The notes under the pieces were generated by a model, which had not been told where the DNA came from, made no database searches, and saw only the letters and a program-made list of their open reading frames with translations. From NCBI GenBank assembly GCA_048882025.1, contig JBHLSA010000042.1, positions 1-10,336 on the forward strand: 10,336 nt of DNA, read 5' to 3'. How positions within the stretch are numbered: position 1 is the first letter of the stretch; every line of letters starts with the position of its first letter. Source of the stretch: Candidatus Thorarchaeota archaeon (lineage in GTDB: Archaea; Asgardarchaeota; Hermodarchaeia; Hermodarchaeales; Hermodarchaeaceae). The position numbers and the translations under genes were made by a program. This document shows positions 1 to 6,082 of this stretch, one piece after another.

Positions 1-341
1 GCTTGGTTAAGCATTTTCGCGGATAATTATGAAAACCATTTATTGCTTCGAAGTTTGTGGTAAATTTCTTAGATAGTTCCTTTGTTTTCTTCTAAGCCAA
101 TCAAAAAAGCATTAATTGCTCTTGTGTATAGGCGACGTAATTTTCTGATTAGATTTGTGGATATATTAGGTAGACGCAACCACACCGTTCGCGTTACGAA
201 ATGTGTTTTAGTCCATTGCTGTTGTCTATCGACTGTAGCCACAAAGCATCACTTAAGTATAAAATTGCTAAACTTGGTTATATTTTCTAGAGACCTTTGT
301 ATAATTGAAATCACCAGGCGGCAAGAATTTACTAGATAAGA

Positions 342-349
342 TTTATCAA
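342..349 (+). promoter_or_regulatory. Candidate archaeal TATA box (TTTATCAA) upstream of tRNA-Pro
   Basis: A/T-rich octamer whose 3' end lies 30 nt upstream of the tRNA 5' end (379). This fits a transcription start a few nt upstream of the mature end. There is no other support. Confidence 0.3.
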
Positions 350-396
350 GGAACGCGTCTTTTTCCTTTACGCGCATCGGGCCGGTAGTCTAGTTA

Positions 397-423
397 TCCA
401 GTTACAATACGTGCTGGACTAGA
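397..423 (+). other. tRNA-Pro intron 1 (D-loop position); boundaries uncertain (27-31 nt)
   Basis: Helix T391-T394 / A418-A421 (extendable to 389/423), 3-nt bulge T395 A396 T397, inner helix C398-G401 / C414-G417. The BHB cleavage rule gives 397-423. A 31-nt excision (about 394-424) would instead give a conventional D loop AGCGGTA. The repeated TAG makes the junction ambiguous from sequence alone. Confidence 0.55.
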
Positions 424-438
424 GCGGTATGATGCGAG

Positions 439-468
439 AAGAAAAACGGGTTCTGTTTTTCTCGCAAG
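439..468 (+). other. tRNA-Pro intron 2 (between anticodon-stem positions 30 and 31), BHB motif
   Basis: Central 4-bp helix T433 G434 C435 G436 / C463 G464 C465 A466. Bulges A437 G438 A439 and A467 G468 G469. Inner 8-bp helix A440-C447 / G455-T462 with a 7-nt loop. Cutting after the 2nd nucleotide of each bulge removes 439-468 (30 nt) and yields the required anticodon stem CGAGG/CCTCG. Confidence 0.75.
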
Positions 469-514
469 GTTTGGGACCTCGTGGTCCCGAGTTCGAATCT
501 CGGCCGGCCCACCA

Positions 515-521
515 TTCTTTT
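515..521 (+). terminator. T-rich tract (TTCTTTT) directly after the tRNA 3' end
   Basis: Archaeal terminators are typically oligo-T tracts, and this one directly follows CCA. A similar TTCTTTTCCTTT tract follows the 5S rRNA. Confidence 0.3.
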
Positions 522-545
522 GGTTCCGCGGGGAGTTCGCAACAC

Positions 546-553
546 TTTTATAG
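546..553 (+). promoter_or_regulatory. Candidate TATA box (TTTTATAG) for the 5S rRNA
   Basis: TTTTATAG ends about 19-20 nt upstream of the predicted 5S 5' end (572/573). This is near the spacing expected for an archaeal TATA box centred around -26/-27. Confidence 0.45.
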
Positions 554-571
554 CGGAGTGGATGTCTGCTG

Positions 572-693
572 GGTGGCGCGGTCATAGAAGCTGGGTCACA
601 CCCGGTCTCGTCAGATCCCGGAAGTTAAGCCGGTTTCGTCGCCCTGAGTACTGATATCCGCGAGGTGTCGGGAAAAGTGTGAACTGCGCCACT
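572..693 (+). rRNA. rrf: 5S ribosomal RNA (stand-alone, not linked to 16S/23S in this window)
   Basis: Helix I GTGGCGC (573-579) pairs with GCGCCAC (686-692). The highly conserved 5S core CCCGGAAGTTAAGCC is at 617-631. Length is about 122 nt, with G+C visibly above the flanks and a T-rich tract following. Confidence 0.9.
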
Positions 694-704
694 TCTTTTC
701 CTTT
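693..704 (+). terminator. T-rich tract (TTCTTTTCCTTT) after the 5S rRNA
   Basis: Pyrimidine/oligo-T run immediately 3' of 5S helix I. Confidence 0.35.
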
Positions 705-796
705 CGTGGTTGTGATGGGTTGATGTAACCATACGCAAAGGTTTTTATGGCACGCCGAAACCGTTCCGCTGGCAGCGCTAAAATATGTGAGGTACG

Positions 797-1897
797 ATGA
801 TGCAGATTACTGACTTTACCTGGATTATCAACATTATTTTCATCGTGTTTTTCATGTTTATGTACCTATATGGAACACGCCTTCAGACGTATGTGATGAC
901 CCGGCAAGCGGAGGCGGGGTTAAATCAGCTTGAAGTCTTAGTAAAACAGGGGAAGCAGATAGCCTATCGGGCTTTCAAGGATTTGAAGGTTGAAGAAAAG
1001 GATATGAAAGCCGCGGTCGATGACTTCATGGAGTTCTTTGTGATTGAGCCTGTCAATGTGGATCCCGCGGGAATTTTGGGAAGGTTGGAGCATCTGTTGG
1101 ATGTTAGGACCACGCGGTATGAAGCCCACGTTACACGAGTGGCGCCGAAAGCGACCCCTGTGCAAGTGGCAAACGCGGAGAGTGTATTAGCCGGTTCGAT
1201 GGCGTTGTATTATGTGTTCCGTGTTGTGCGTCATTTCTTGATTATGGGCAAGAAGACGAAGAGCATCTATTATGTGATGCAGTTGCAGATGCAATTACCA
1301 GAGATTATTCAAATAGCGAAGGCGTATTTTGAAGCAATTCGTGCCTTTGCTGATGGTAAACCCATAGGAGATGGCATGGGACCGTTAGCTGTCGCTCATT
1401 TCGCGCGAGAAATCAGAGCTAACAAACCTAAAGAGTTGGATCCGCGGACAGTAAGCCAATCCGGAGAATTTGAAGGCCGAACTATTTGGTTTGTTCGAGC
1501 AAAAGGACATGGAAGCTATGTGGGCAAACCCGGTGATGGCATCAAGAAAATCGTGGACCAACATAAAGGAAAAATTGCGCGAATTATCACTGTTGATGCA
1601 GGTTTGAAGCTAGAAGGTGAGGACACAGGCCATGTTATTGAAGGGGTTGGTGCAGCTATTGGAGACCCAGGACCGGAAAAATTCAAGATGGAAGATTCAG
1701 GAGTCAAATACAACATTCCTATTGACGCTATCGTAATCAAGGAATCAATTATAGATGCACTTGGCCCGATGAAGAAAGCATTAGTCGATGCGGTTCCTAA
1801 AGTGATTGAAAAACTGAAGAGTGCAATTCTTCAACGCACAAACAAGGGAGATACAGTCATTATCGCAGGAATTGGGAACACGATTGGAATCGCCTAA
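797..1897 (+). CDS. Membrane-anchored protein of unknown function, probably the archaeal DUF1512 family
   Basis: 366-aa ORF with one N-terminal hydrophobic segment (FTWIINIIFIVFFMFMYLY) followed by a soluble domain. GAGGT (789-793) lies just upstream of the tandem ATG ATG (797/800), and the spacing slightly favours 800. Size and architecture match my recollection of DUF1512 (archaeal, about 370 aa), but I cannot verify this. Confidence 0.8.
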   Translation: MMQITDFTWIINIIFIVFFMFMYLYGTRLQTYVMTRQAEAGLNQLEVLVKQGKQIAYRAFKDLKVEEKDMKAAVDDFMEFFVIEPVNVDPAGILGRLEHLLDVRTTRYEAHVTRVAPKATPVQVANAESVLAGSMALYYVFRVVRHFLIMGKKTKSIYYVMQLQMQLPEIIQIAKAYFEAIRAFADGKPIGDGMGPLAVAHFAREIRANKPKELDPRTVSQSGEFEGRTIWFVRAKGHGSYVGKPGDGIKKIVDQHKGKIARIITVDAGLKLEGEDTGHVIEGVGAAIGDPGPEKFKMEDSGVKYNIPIDAIVIKESIIDALGPMKKALVDAVPKVIEKLKSAILQRTNKGDTVIIAGIGNTIGIA

Positions 1898-1975
1898 AAC
1901 TAGAATTTGATGCAAATCTGGCATGTGGTAAAGCTTTTTCAGCAGAATATTAGAGCATGGCATGAGGACTGAGCT

Positions 1976-2470
1976 TTGTCCAGCCAACCGTATAAGTGGG
2001 CAGCTATTGGTGGTACCTTTGATCGGTTACATAAAGGACATAAGACACTCCTTCGTCGCGCTTTTGAGCTAGGAAAGAATGTGCTTATCGGATTAACGAC
2101 GCAAGATATGGTCAAGCACAAACCGGATTGGGAAATTATTGCCAGCTATGATGACCGAAAAAGCGAATTAGAAAGCTGGCTCGATTCAGAAGGTTATAAT
2201 GGTAGATATATCATCCGGCCTTTGCATGACAAATTTGGACCAGCTATCTCAATGAGTGAATTAGAGCTCATTGTAGTCAGCGAAGAAACATGTCCTGTAG
2301 CTAAAGAAATTAATGAAATTCGAAATGAAGATGGTCTTTCATTATTACATATTGCAGTGCTAACAATGGTGATGGCAGAAGATCATACCTCAATTTCTTC
2401 TACTAGAATTCGTGCAGGACTTATTGATCGGGATGGACGAGTAATTTATCATGAAGTTGAAAGTCCATAG
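1976..2470 (+). CDS. coaD: Phosphopantetheine adenylyltransferase, archaeal/eukaryotic type (CoA biosynthesis)
   Basis: Nucleotidyltransferase signature GGTFDRLHKGH near the N-terminus, then LIGLTTQDM, IVVSEET and C-terminal ISSTRIR. This is the pattern of archaeal PPAT (about 160 aa). TTG start at 1976 is preceded by GAGGA (1964-1968) at 7-nt spacing, and no in-frame ATG lies upstream of the motif. Confidence 0.85.
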   Translation: MSSQPYKWAAIGGTFDRLHKGHKTLLRRAFELGKNVLIGLTTQDMVKHKPDWEIIASYDDRKSELESWLDSEGYNGRYIIRPLHDKFGPAISMSELELIVVSEETCPVAKEINEIRNEDGLSLLHIAVLTMVMAEDHTSISSTRIRAGLIDRDGRVIYHEVESP

Positions 2471-2640
2471 TGGAAGTGTTTAAGAGGCGCCGTTGTAGTT
2501 TTGAATTCTGCAATGAAAGGATAATAGCTGTTATCGAGGACGAATCTGAAGACTCGTCTTGTGAGGATTCGTGCAAAATCACAGCGACACTGGAGCGGCG
2601 TCGAAGGTTATGCGGCATGTGACAGGCTCCTGCTTGATCT

Positions 2641-2826
2641 ATGACGGGTCGTCAAGAGGTGATTGTGGGGGCAACCCACGATGTCCACACTTCGGCGCAG
2701 GGTCGCATTAGGCTCATTACGCCCGACATATTAAGAGAGGACCTATCGGAGGGTTTACGGCGTATCGCCCACCAATGAGGATGGGGCGTTAGTGTATCGG
2801 TCGACAGAGCTGACGCGACCCATCAT
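2641..2826 (+). ncRNA. Candidate structured RNA of unknown class (independent sRNA or 5' leader of taw2)
   Basis: G+C-rich island closed by a long-range helix: 2641-2654 pairs with 2811-2826 (13 bp, one mismatch, one 2-nt bulge). Internal 8-bp hairpin ATTGTGGG (2662-2669) / CCCACGAT (2675-2682) contains a G-U wobble that exists only on the + strand. A further stem is CGCCC (2765-2769) / GGGCG (2784-2788). No ORF of 60 aa or more lies wholly inside it. A T-rich sequence follows (2826-2832). No known RNA family motif was recognised. Confidence 0.3.
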
Positions 2827-2849
2827 TTCTTCAAATTCTCGATATTCAG

Positions 2850-3713
2850 GTGAAGAAAATACCACCCAATCAACGCAAGTCTTTCTATCGATTTCTCCAA
2901 ACCCAGCTAGGGGGGCAAATACCTCCAGAGCTTCTACCACGCCGTCTTCGCGTTTTAGGCCATGTTGCGATTTTGTGGTTGAATCCAGAAATCATACATT
3001 TCAAGGAGTTGATTGGACAAACCGTATTGGAGTATAACCCCAAAATCAAAACCGTTTTACATCGAACAGCCGCCATCAGTGGCCCTTATCGCCAGCCTGC
3101 GGTGGAACTGATAGCTGGTTCAACTAATACAGAAACTGTATTCAAGGAGAATAAGGTGATTTTTCATATTGACCCAATGAAGGTGATGTTTTCACTTGGA
3201 AACAAAGCCGAACGGGTTCGGATGAGTAAGCTGGGATCCGATGAATTTGTGGTTGATATGTTTGCCGGTATTGGTCACCTATCAATGCCTATGGCAGTAC
3301 ATGCCAAACCTAAAGTCATCCATGCAATTGAATGGAATCCTGATGCGTTCCATTACCTTACGATGAACATTCAGGCGAACAAGGTCTTGAAGCTATTCAA
3401 GCCACATTTTGGCGATACACGTGAAATAGCGCCCATTATCAGTCAAGGTCAAGCAGACCGGGTTATTATGGGGTTAATTCAAGGAACTACCCGTTATCTT
3501 GAACAAGGCATTCAATGTCTTCGTCCAGGAGGAGTTCTGCACATTCATGAAATCGGTCCTAGGGGAGATATGGCAACAGAGCTTCTCTCCACGTTAAAGA
3601 AAAAAGCAACAGCGATGAATCGCACGGTTAACCTTGTAACGACGCGGACGATTAAAACATACAACCCAAGATATGATCACTTTGTTCTTGACGTTCAGAT
3701 AAGTGATGCTTAA
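2850..3713 (+). CDS. taw2: Taw2/Trm5-family (Met-10+ like) SAM-dependent tRNA modification enzyme, probably the wyosine-pathway enzyme Taw2
   Basis: Class I SAM-binding motif VVDMFAGIGHLSMP. Also KVMFSLGNKAERVRM, and DRVIMGL in place of the Trm5 NLP/NPPY-like motif, as I recall for Taw2 of Pyrococcus and Methanocaldococcus. The C-terminal end ...YNPRYDHFVLDVQI also fits. GTG start at 2850 is the first start codon after the in-frame stop at 2811. The Taw2 versus Trm5 distinction comes from memory of motifs only. Confidence 0.8.
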   Translation: MKKIPPNQRKSFYRFLQTQLGGQIPPELLPRRLRVLGHVAILWLNPEIIHFKELIGQTVLEYNPKIKTVLHRTAAISGPYRQPAVELIAGSTNTETVFKENKVIFHIDPMKVMFSLGNKAERVRMSKLGSDEFVVDMFAGIGHLSMPMAVHAKPKVIHAIEWNPDAFHYLTMNIQANKVLKLFKPHFGDTREIAPIISQGQADRVIMGLIQGTTRYLEQGIQCLRPGGVLHIHEIGPRGDMATELLSTLKKKATAMNRTVNLVTTRTIKTYNPRYDHFVLDVQISDA

Positions 3714-3732
3714 ACAGGTATTGTCTACCTAG

Positions 3733-4872
3733 TTATCTGATAATCCATGATTTCTTGAAGTAATTTCTTTGCTTCGATATTCTCATCAAAGTATCGGCGT
3801 ATCGGTTCGAGAAATCACAGAAAGCCGTGGCAGCCGCTTCTTTAAGATCCAATGGATGGATCGCTCCCGCCGCATAGAGAGTTTCAAGTTCATCAGCACT
3901 AGTAATGCTTAATGAGCCACCAAATTTTTCTGCGCGTTCTATGTGCAGGGTATAGCCATCTTGCGTGAAGAGGATGTTACGAATATAACTCAATATAGGA
4001 TTATTTTCTACCTCTTCGGCCGGACAGTAAGCTTTCTTAATTTTCCTCTTAATCTCTCGCGTTGAATCATGAATAAATATGGCATCGCCAGGTTTTGATT
4101 TTGACATCTTTGTTTCTATAGCTAGGTCTTGAGCTGAGAATTCAGAGGCAACATCCATGCGGGTAGTGCCAGTAAGACCGGGCAGAAGGGGCATGTGAAT
4201 ACCAACCGGTTTCCAACCTAGTTTCATCTTATCAGCCACTTCACGGGCAAGCACATGTGCCCGTCGTTGATCCATTCCTGAAAGACAGATTTCATATTTT
4301 TGATCAATAATATCAGATACTTGCAAAAGTGGGTAAATAAGCTTGGAAAAGTCAATAGCGGCTTCTTCTTCTGTACGGCCCATTATGTCCGTTGAGCGAC
4401 GAACTCTAGCCAGAGTGAGGGTTTTTGCAACGCGAAGAATTTTCTCCCAATACTCGAGCCTACGCATCAAATCCTCAGCCGTTACAATATGAACCTTATG
4501 AGTATCCACCCGTAGAGCAACAAAACAGTGACGAAGATATTCAGCGCACCGCCGAATTCTTTCAATGTTACCTCCAAATTTATCGTTAACTTGAGCGTGC
4601 CAAGTAGCCAAGAGAATTTCCATTCGAACACCCAAGTCCACAAGCTGATTGAGTTTCAGCACCCAACCAATCCAGCCTATATGAAATAATCCACTAGGTT
4701 CAACCCCTATGTACCCTCGAGGCTTCTCTTGGCGTGCAAAGACCTCCACTAAATCTTCGATAGTAAGGACTTCTTGGGTATGCTTTACAATTTGCTCAAC
4801 GCTTGGTGGGAGACTGTTCACAGATAACACATCTATAGTTTCGGGCATGTTATGTGTGCTATAAAAGTACAC
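3733..4872 (-). CDS. tyrS: Tyrosyl-tRNA synthetase (long archaeal form)
   Basis: Class I aaRS motifs: GVEPSGLFHIG (HIGH region) and KMSKSKP. TyrRS-specific blocks are YPLLQVSD, GMDQRRAHVLARE, KKAYCPAEEVENNPI, EKFGGSL and HPLDLK, closely paralleling M. jannaschii TyrRS as I recall it. The longest ORF starts at GTG 4872. The ATG at 4848 (MPETID...) is an equally plausible start. Confidence 0.95.
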   Translation of the reverse strand: MYFYSTHNMPETIDVLSVNSLPPSVEQIVKHTQEVLTIEDLVEVFARQEKPRGYIGVEPSGLFHIGWIGWVLKLNQLVDLGVRMEILLATWHAQVNDKFGGNIERIRRCAEYLRHCFVALRVDTHKVHIVTAEDLMRRLEYWEKILRVAKTLTLARVRRSTDIMGRTEEEAAIDFSKLIYPLLQVSDIIDQKYEICLSGMDQRRAHVLAREVADKMKLGWKPVGIHMPLLPGLTGTTRMDVASEFSAQDLAIETKMSKSKPGDAIFIHDSTREIKRKIKKAYCPAEEVENNPILSYIRNILFTQDGYTLHIERAEKFGGSLSITSADELETLYAAGAIHPLDLKEAAATAFCDFSNRYADTLMRISKQRNYFKKSWIIR

Positions 4873-5069
4873 CGCTAATAGTTCCAGAATATCAGAGAAA
4901 CATAAGAAATTATGTTTTCAAACTAACCCCATAATGATGGCTAGTTTGATGTGATTTTTGTGCGGGGCATCCCGTAAACGGGTATATGGTTATTCAGATT
5001 ATGGTGTTCAATCATTTGGGAGTAGCAGTGCAGGTGATTCGAATTTTAAGGATTAAGCGTGTTGTTGTT

Positions 5070-5219
5070 TTATGTTTTGGTTAGTCGTTTGTAGCCGAAG
5101 ATGGCTACCACGATTATGGCGTAAATGGTGTAGAGTATCGTTCTAACTAGATTGTTCCATTCTGGTTGAACGAGGCCAAATATTGAGGTGAACAGGACCA
5201 GTGAAAAGTTTGATGACAT
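5070..5219 (-). CDS. Possible small (49 aa) two-TM membrane protein
   Basis: My own translation gives ATG (5219-5217) ... TAA (5072-5070): MSSNFSLVLFTSIFGLVQPEWNNLVRTILYTIYAIIVVAIFGYKRLTKT. It has two hydrophobic stretches separated by a polar turn and a basic C-terminus. It is below the ORF-track length cutoff, with no SD and no recognised homology. Confidence 0.3.
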   Translation of the reverse strand: MSSNFSLVLFTSIFGLVQPEWNNLVRTILYTIYAIIVVAIFGYKRLTKT

Positions 5220-5376
5220 ATGAAAAAAGATAATTAACCAAGACCCTGTATTACAAATTAAAGCTGAATTGTAGCATCTTTATTTCTAATATGAGTAGCA
5301 TAATACTAGGCTGTTTGAACTACCACCCAAGAAAGCACACTAAAGGTTACTCTAAGCATAATTGAGGCGAAAGTTC

Positions 5377-5796
5377 ATGTGTTCTCAGAGAAAAGCTACT
5401 CAATCAAAACAGGAGAGGCTAATCGAGCGATTCGAAAAGGGGCTTCAGCGTTTAATTGAACTCTCAAATGAGGATGTGCCAATTGTCGTTGAAGGTATTA
5501 AGGACATAACGGCCTTACGTGGCTTAGGACTCACAGGACCAATACACAGCCTAGCGGGGCATAATATCGTTAGTTTAGCAGACGAACTTACCCACTATCG
5601 TCGCTTGCTCATACTATTTGATTTTGATAGGCGTGGAGGACAATTAACTCGACACCTGATTAACCAGCTAGAAGGGCGGGGCGTTGTCATTCTTCATCGA
5701 GTACGACAGCAACTAAGGCGAGCATTTTGTTGGCGTGTTCGAGTGATAGAAGGGCTAAAGCCAATAGACCAATCTCCGAAAGGCACAAAGTTTTAA
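5377..5796 (+). CDS. Small Toprim-domain protein (primase-like / RNase M5-like)
   Basis: Toprim signature: conserved Glu in PIVVEGIKDITAL and the DxD motif in ILFDFDRRGG, in a protein of about 140 aa. ATG 5377 is preceded by GAGG (5364-5367). The ORF-track start TTG 5362 overlaps that SD-like sequence and is less likely. Confidence 0.8.
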   Translation: MCSQRKATQSKQERLIERFEKGLQRLIELSNEDVPIVVEGIKDITALRGLGLTGPIHSLAGHNIVSLADELTHYRRLLILFDFDRRGGQLTRHLINQLEGRGVVILHRVRQQLRRAFCWRVRVIEGLKPIDQSPKGTKF

Positions 5797-5930
5797 TGGG
5801 GTTTATTCGTGAAGCTAACTACATCACATTTACCATATTACCTCATCATCACTAACTAATCACATGATGGCGTGCTCAATATCACACGCCCGCACTAAAC
5901 ATCAAAAATTACTATTACTAGGTGGCGATT

Positions 5931-6054
5931 ATGGGAGCAAATGCAGAAAGCACCAGTACTACTAAATATTGTATTCGTGGAAAAATCGAAATAGATGGAG
6001 TTGTGGAAACCCCCGATGTGGTAGGCGCCCTCTTTGGCCAAACTGAGGGCCTAC
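5931..6054 (+). CDS. dnaG: DnaG primase, exon 1 (N-terminal 41 codons plus 1 nt)
   Basis: ATG 5931 is preceded by GGTG (5922-5925). Translation is [41 protein letters not shown], the conserved archaeal DnaG N-terminus (KYLI..K.E.DGVVE.PDVVGAIFGQTEGLLG). Read straight on, this frame stops at TGA 6072-6074. The segment is absent from the ORF track because it is under 60 aa. Confidence 0.8.
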
Positions 6055-6082
6055 ACTTCATATCGTTGATTTGAAGGGGCAT
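6055..6082 (+). other. Candidate 28-nt bulge-helix-bulge intron within the dnaG coding sequence
   Basis: Central helix G6049 C6050 C6051 T6052 / G6077 G6078 G6079 C6080 (3 Watson-Crick pairs plus 1 G-U). Bulges A6053 C6054 A6055 and A6081 T6082 T6083. Inner helix C6056-A6060 / T6072-G6076, extended by ATC (6062-6064) / GAT (6068-6070). Cutting after the 2nd bulge nucleotide joins ...GGC CTA C to TC GGC GAA GAT TTG, which reads G L L G E D L. Confidence 0.6.

Larger units (their letters stand above)
379..514 (+). tRNA. tRNA-Pro: tRNA-Pro (anticodon UGG) with two non-canonical introns and a genomically encoded CCA
   Basis: Perfect 7-bp acceptor stem GGGCCGG (379-385) / CCGGCCC (504-510). T arm CCGAG-TTCGAAT-CTCGG (487-503), discriminator A511, CCA 512-514. 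D arm GTCT...TGAT. After removing 439-468, the anticodon stem is CGAGG (435-438 plus 469) / CCTCG (477-481) and the loop is TTTGGGA (470-476), giving anticodon TGG with U33 and G37. The 136-nt gene is about 60 nt too long for a tRNA. The excess is two hairpin insertions, one in the D loop and one in the anticodon stem. Confidence 0.88.

Noticed and set aside
82-339. 85-aa + strand ORF in the AT-rich region upstream of the tRNA
   Set aside because: It has a TTG start, Cys/Arg/Leu-rich composition typical of random AT-rich translation, no motif and no SD. It is more likely intergenic or promoter sequence. An ATG at 14-12 on the - strand may begin a gene running off the left edge, but four codons cannot support a call.
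394-585. 63-aa - strand ORF
   Set aside because: It lies antisense across tRNA-Pro and the start of the 5S rRNA, so it is an artefact of the G+C-rich RNA genes.
2520-2535. Near-palindrome GATAATAGCTGTTATC
   Set aside because: It is a single imperfect 16-bp palindrome with no second copy in the window, so it is insufficient to call an operator.
2641-2826. Assigning the G+C island to RNase P RNA, SRP RNA, an H/ACA sRNA or a SAM-I riboswitch
   Set aside because: I found no GAGGAAAGUCC / ACAGAA...GGCUUA P4 pair, although CGACAGAG at 2802-2809 is only a partial echo. There is no SRP helix-8 GGAA tetraloop with AGCA flanks on either strand, and no 3' ACA box next to a pocket-bearing hairpin. The SAM-I resemblance is limited to short strings (TCAAGAG, GGCAACC, AAGAGAGG..GGAGGG) in an arrangement that does not reproduce the four-way junction. 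It needs covariance-model searches.
2421-3076. ORFs 2421-2618 (-), 2755-2940 (-), 2792-3037 (+) and 2885-3076 (-)
   Set aside because: They overlap the 3' end of coaD, the G+C island or the 5' part of taw2. They have no motifs and Ser/Arg-rich composition. They are probably by-products of elevated G+C.
4859-4867. CTTTTATAG (- strand) as the tyrS TATA box implying a leaderless mRNA from ATG 4848
   Set aside because: It lies only about 11 nt upstream of ATG 4848. A TATA box there would place the TSS about 10 nt inside the coding region. It also lies inside the alternative GTG-4872 reading frame. The tyrS start is left unresolved.
4927-4968. Possible C/D-box sRNA: CCCC...ATGATGG...GGGG
   Set aside because: There is a C-box-like ATGATGG (4934-4940) and complementary CCCC/GGGG ends, but no CUGA D box next to the 3' stem and no properly spaced C'/D' boxes.
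4986-5084. 32-aa + strand ORF (MVIQIMVFNHLGVAVQVIRILRIKRVVVLCFG)
   Set aside because: It is very short, overlaps the 3' end of the more coherent - strand 49-aa ORF, and has no SD or homology. It does not qualify as a feature.
6066-6075. Programmed +1 frameshift or sequencing indel as the explanation for the dnaG frame break
   Set aside because: It is possible only in the 5-nt overlap 6070-6074, between the frame-B stop at 6067-6069 and the frame-A stop at 6072-6074. It would also place about 10 unrelated residues inside the invariant GQTEGLLGEDLDL motif. The BHB excision explains both the frame and the exact consensus sequence. It is kept as the main alternative to test, not fully excluded.
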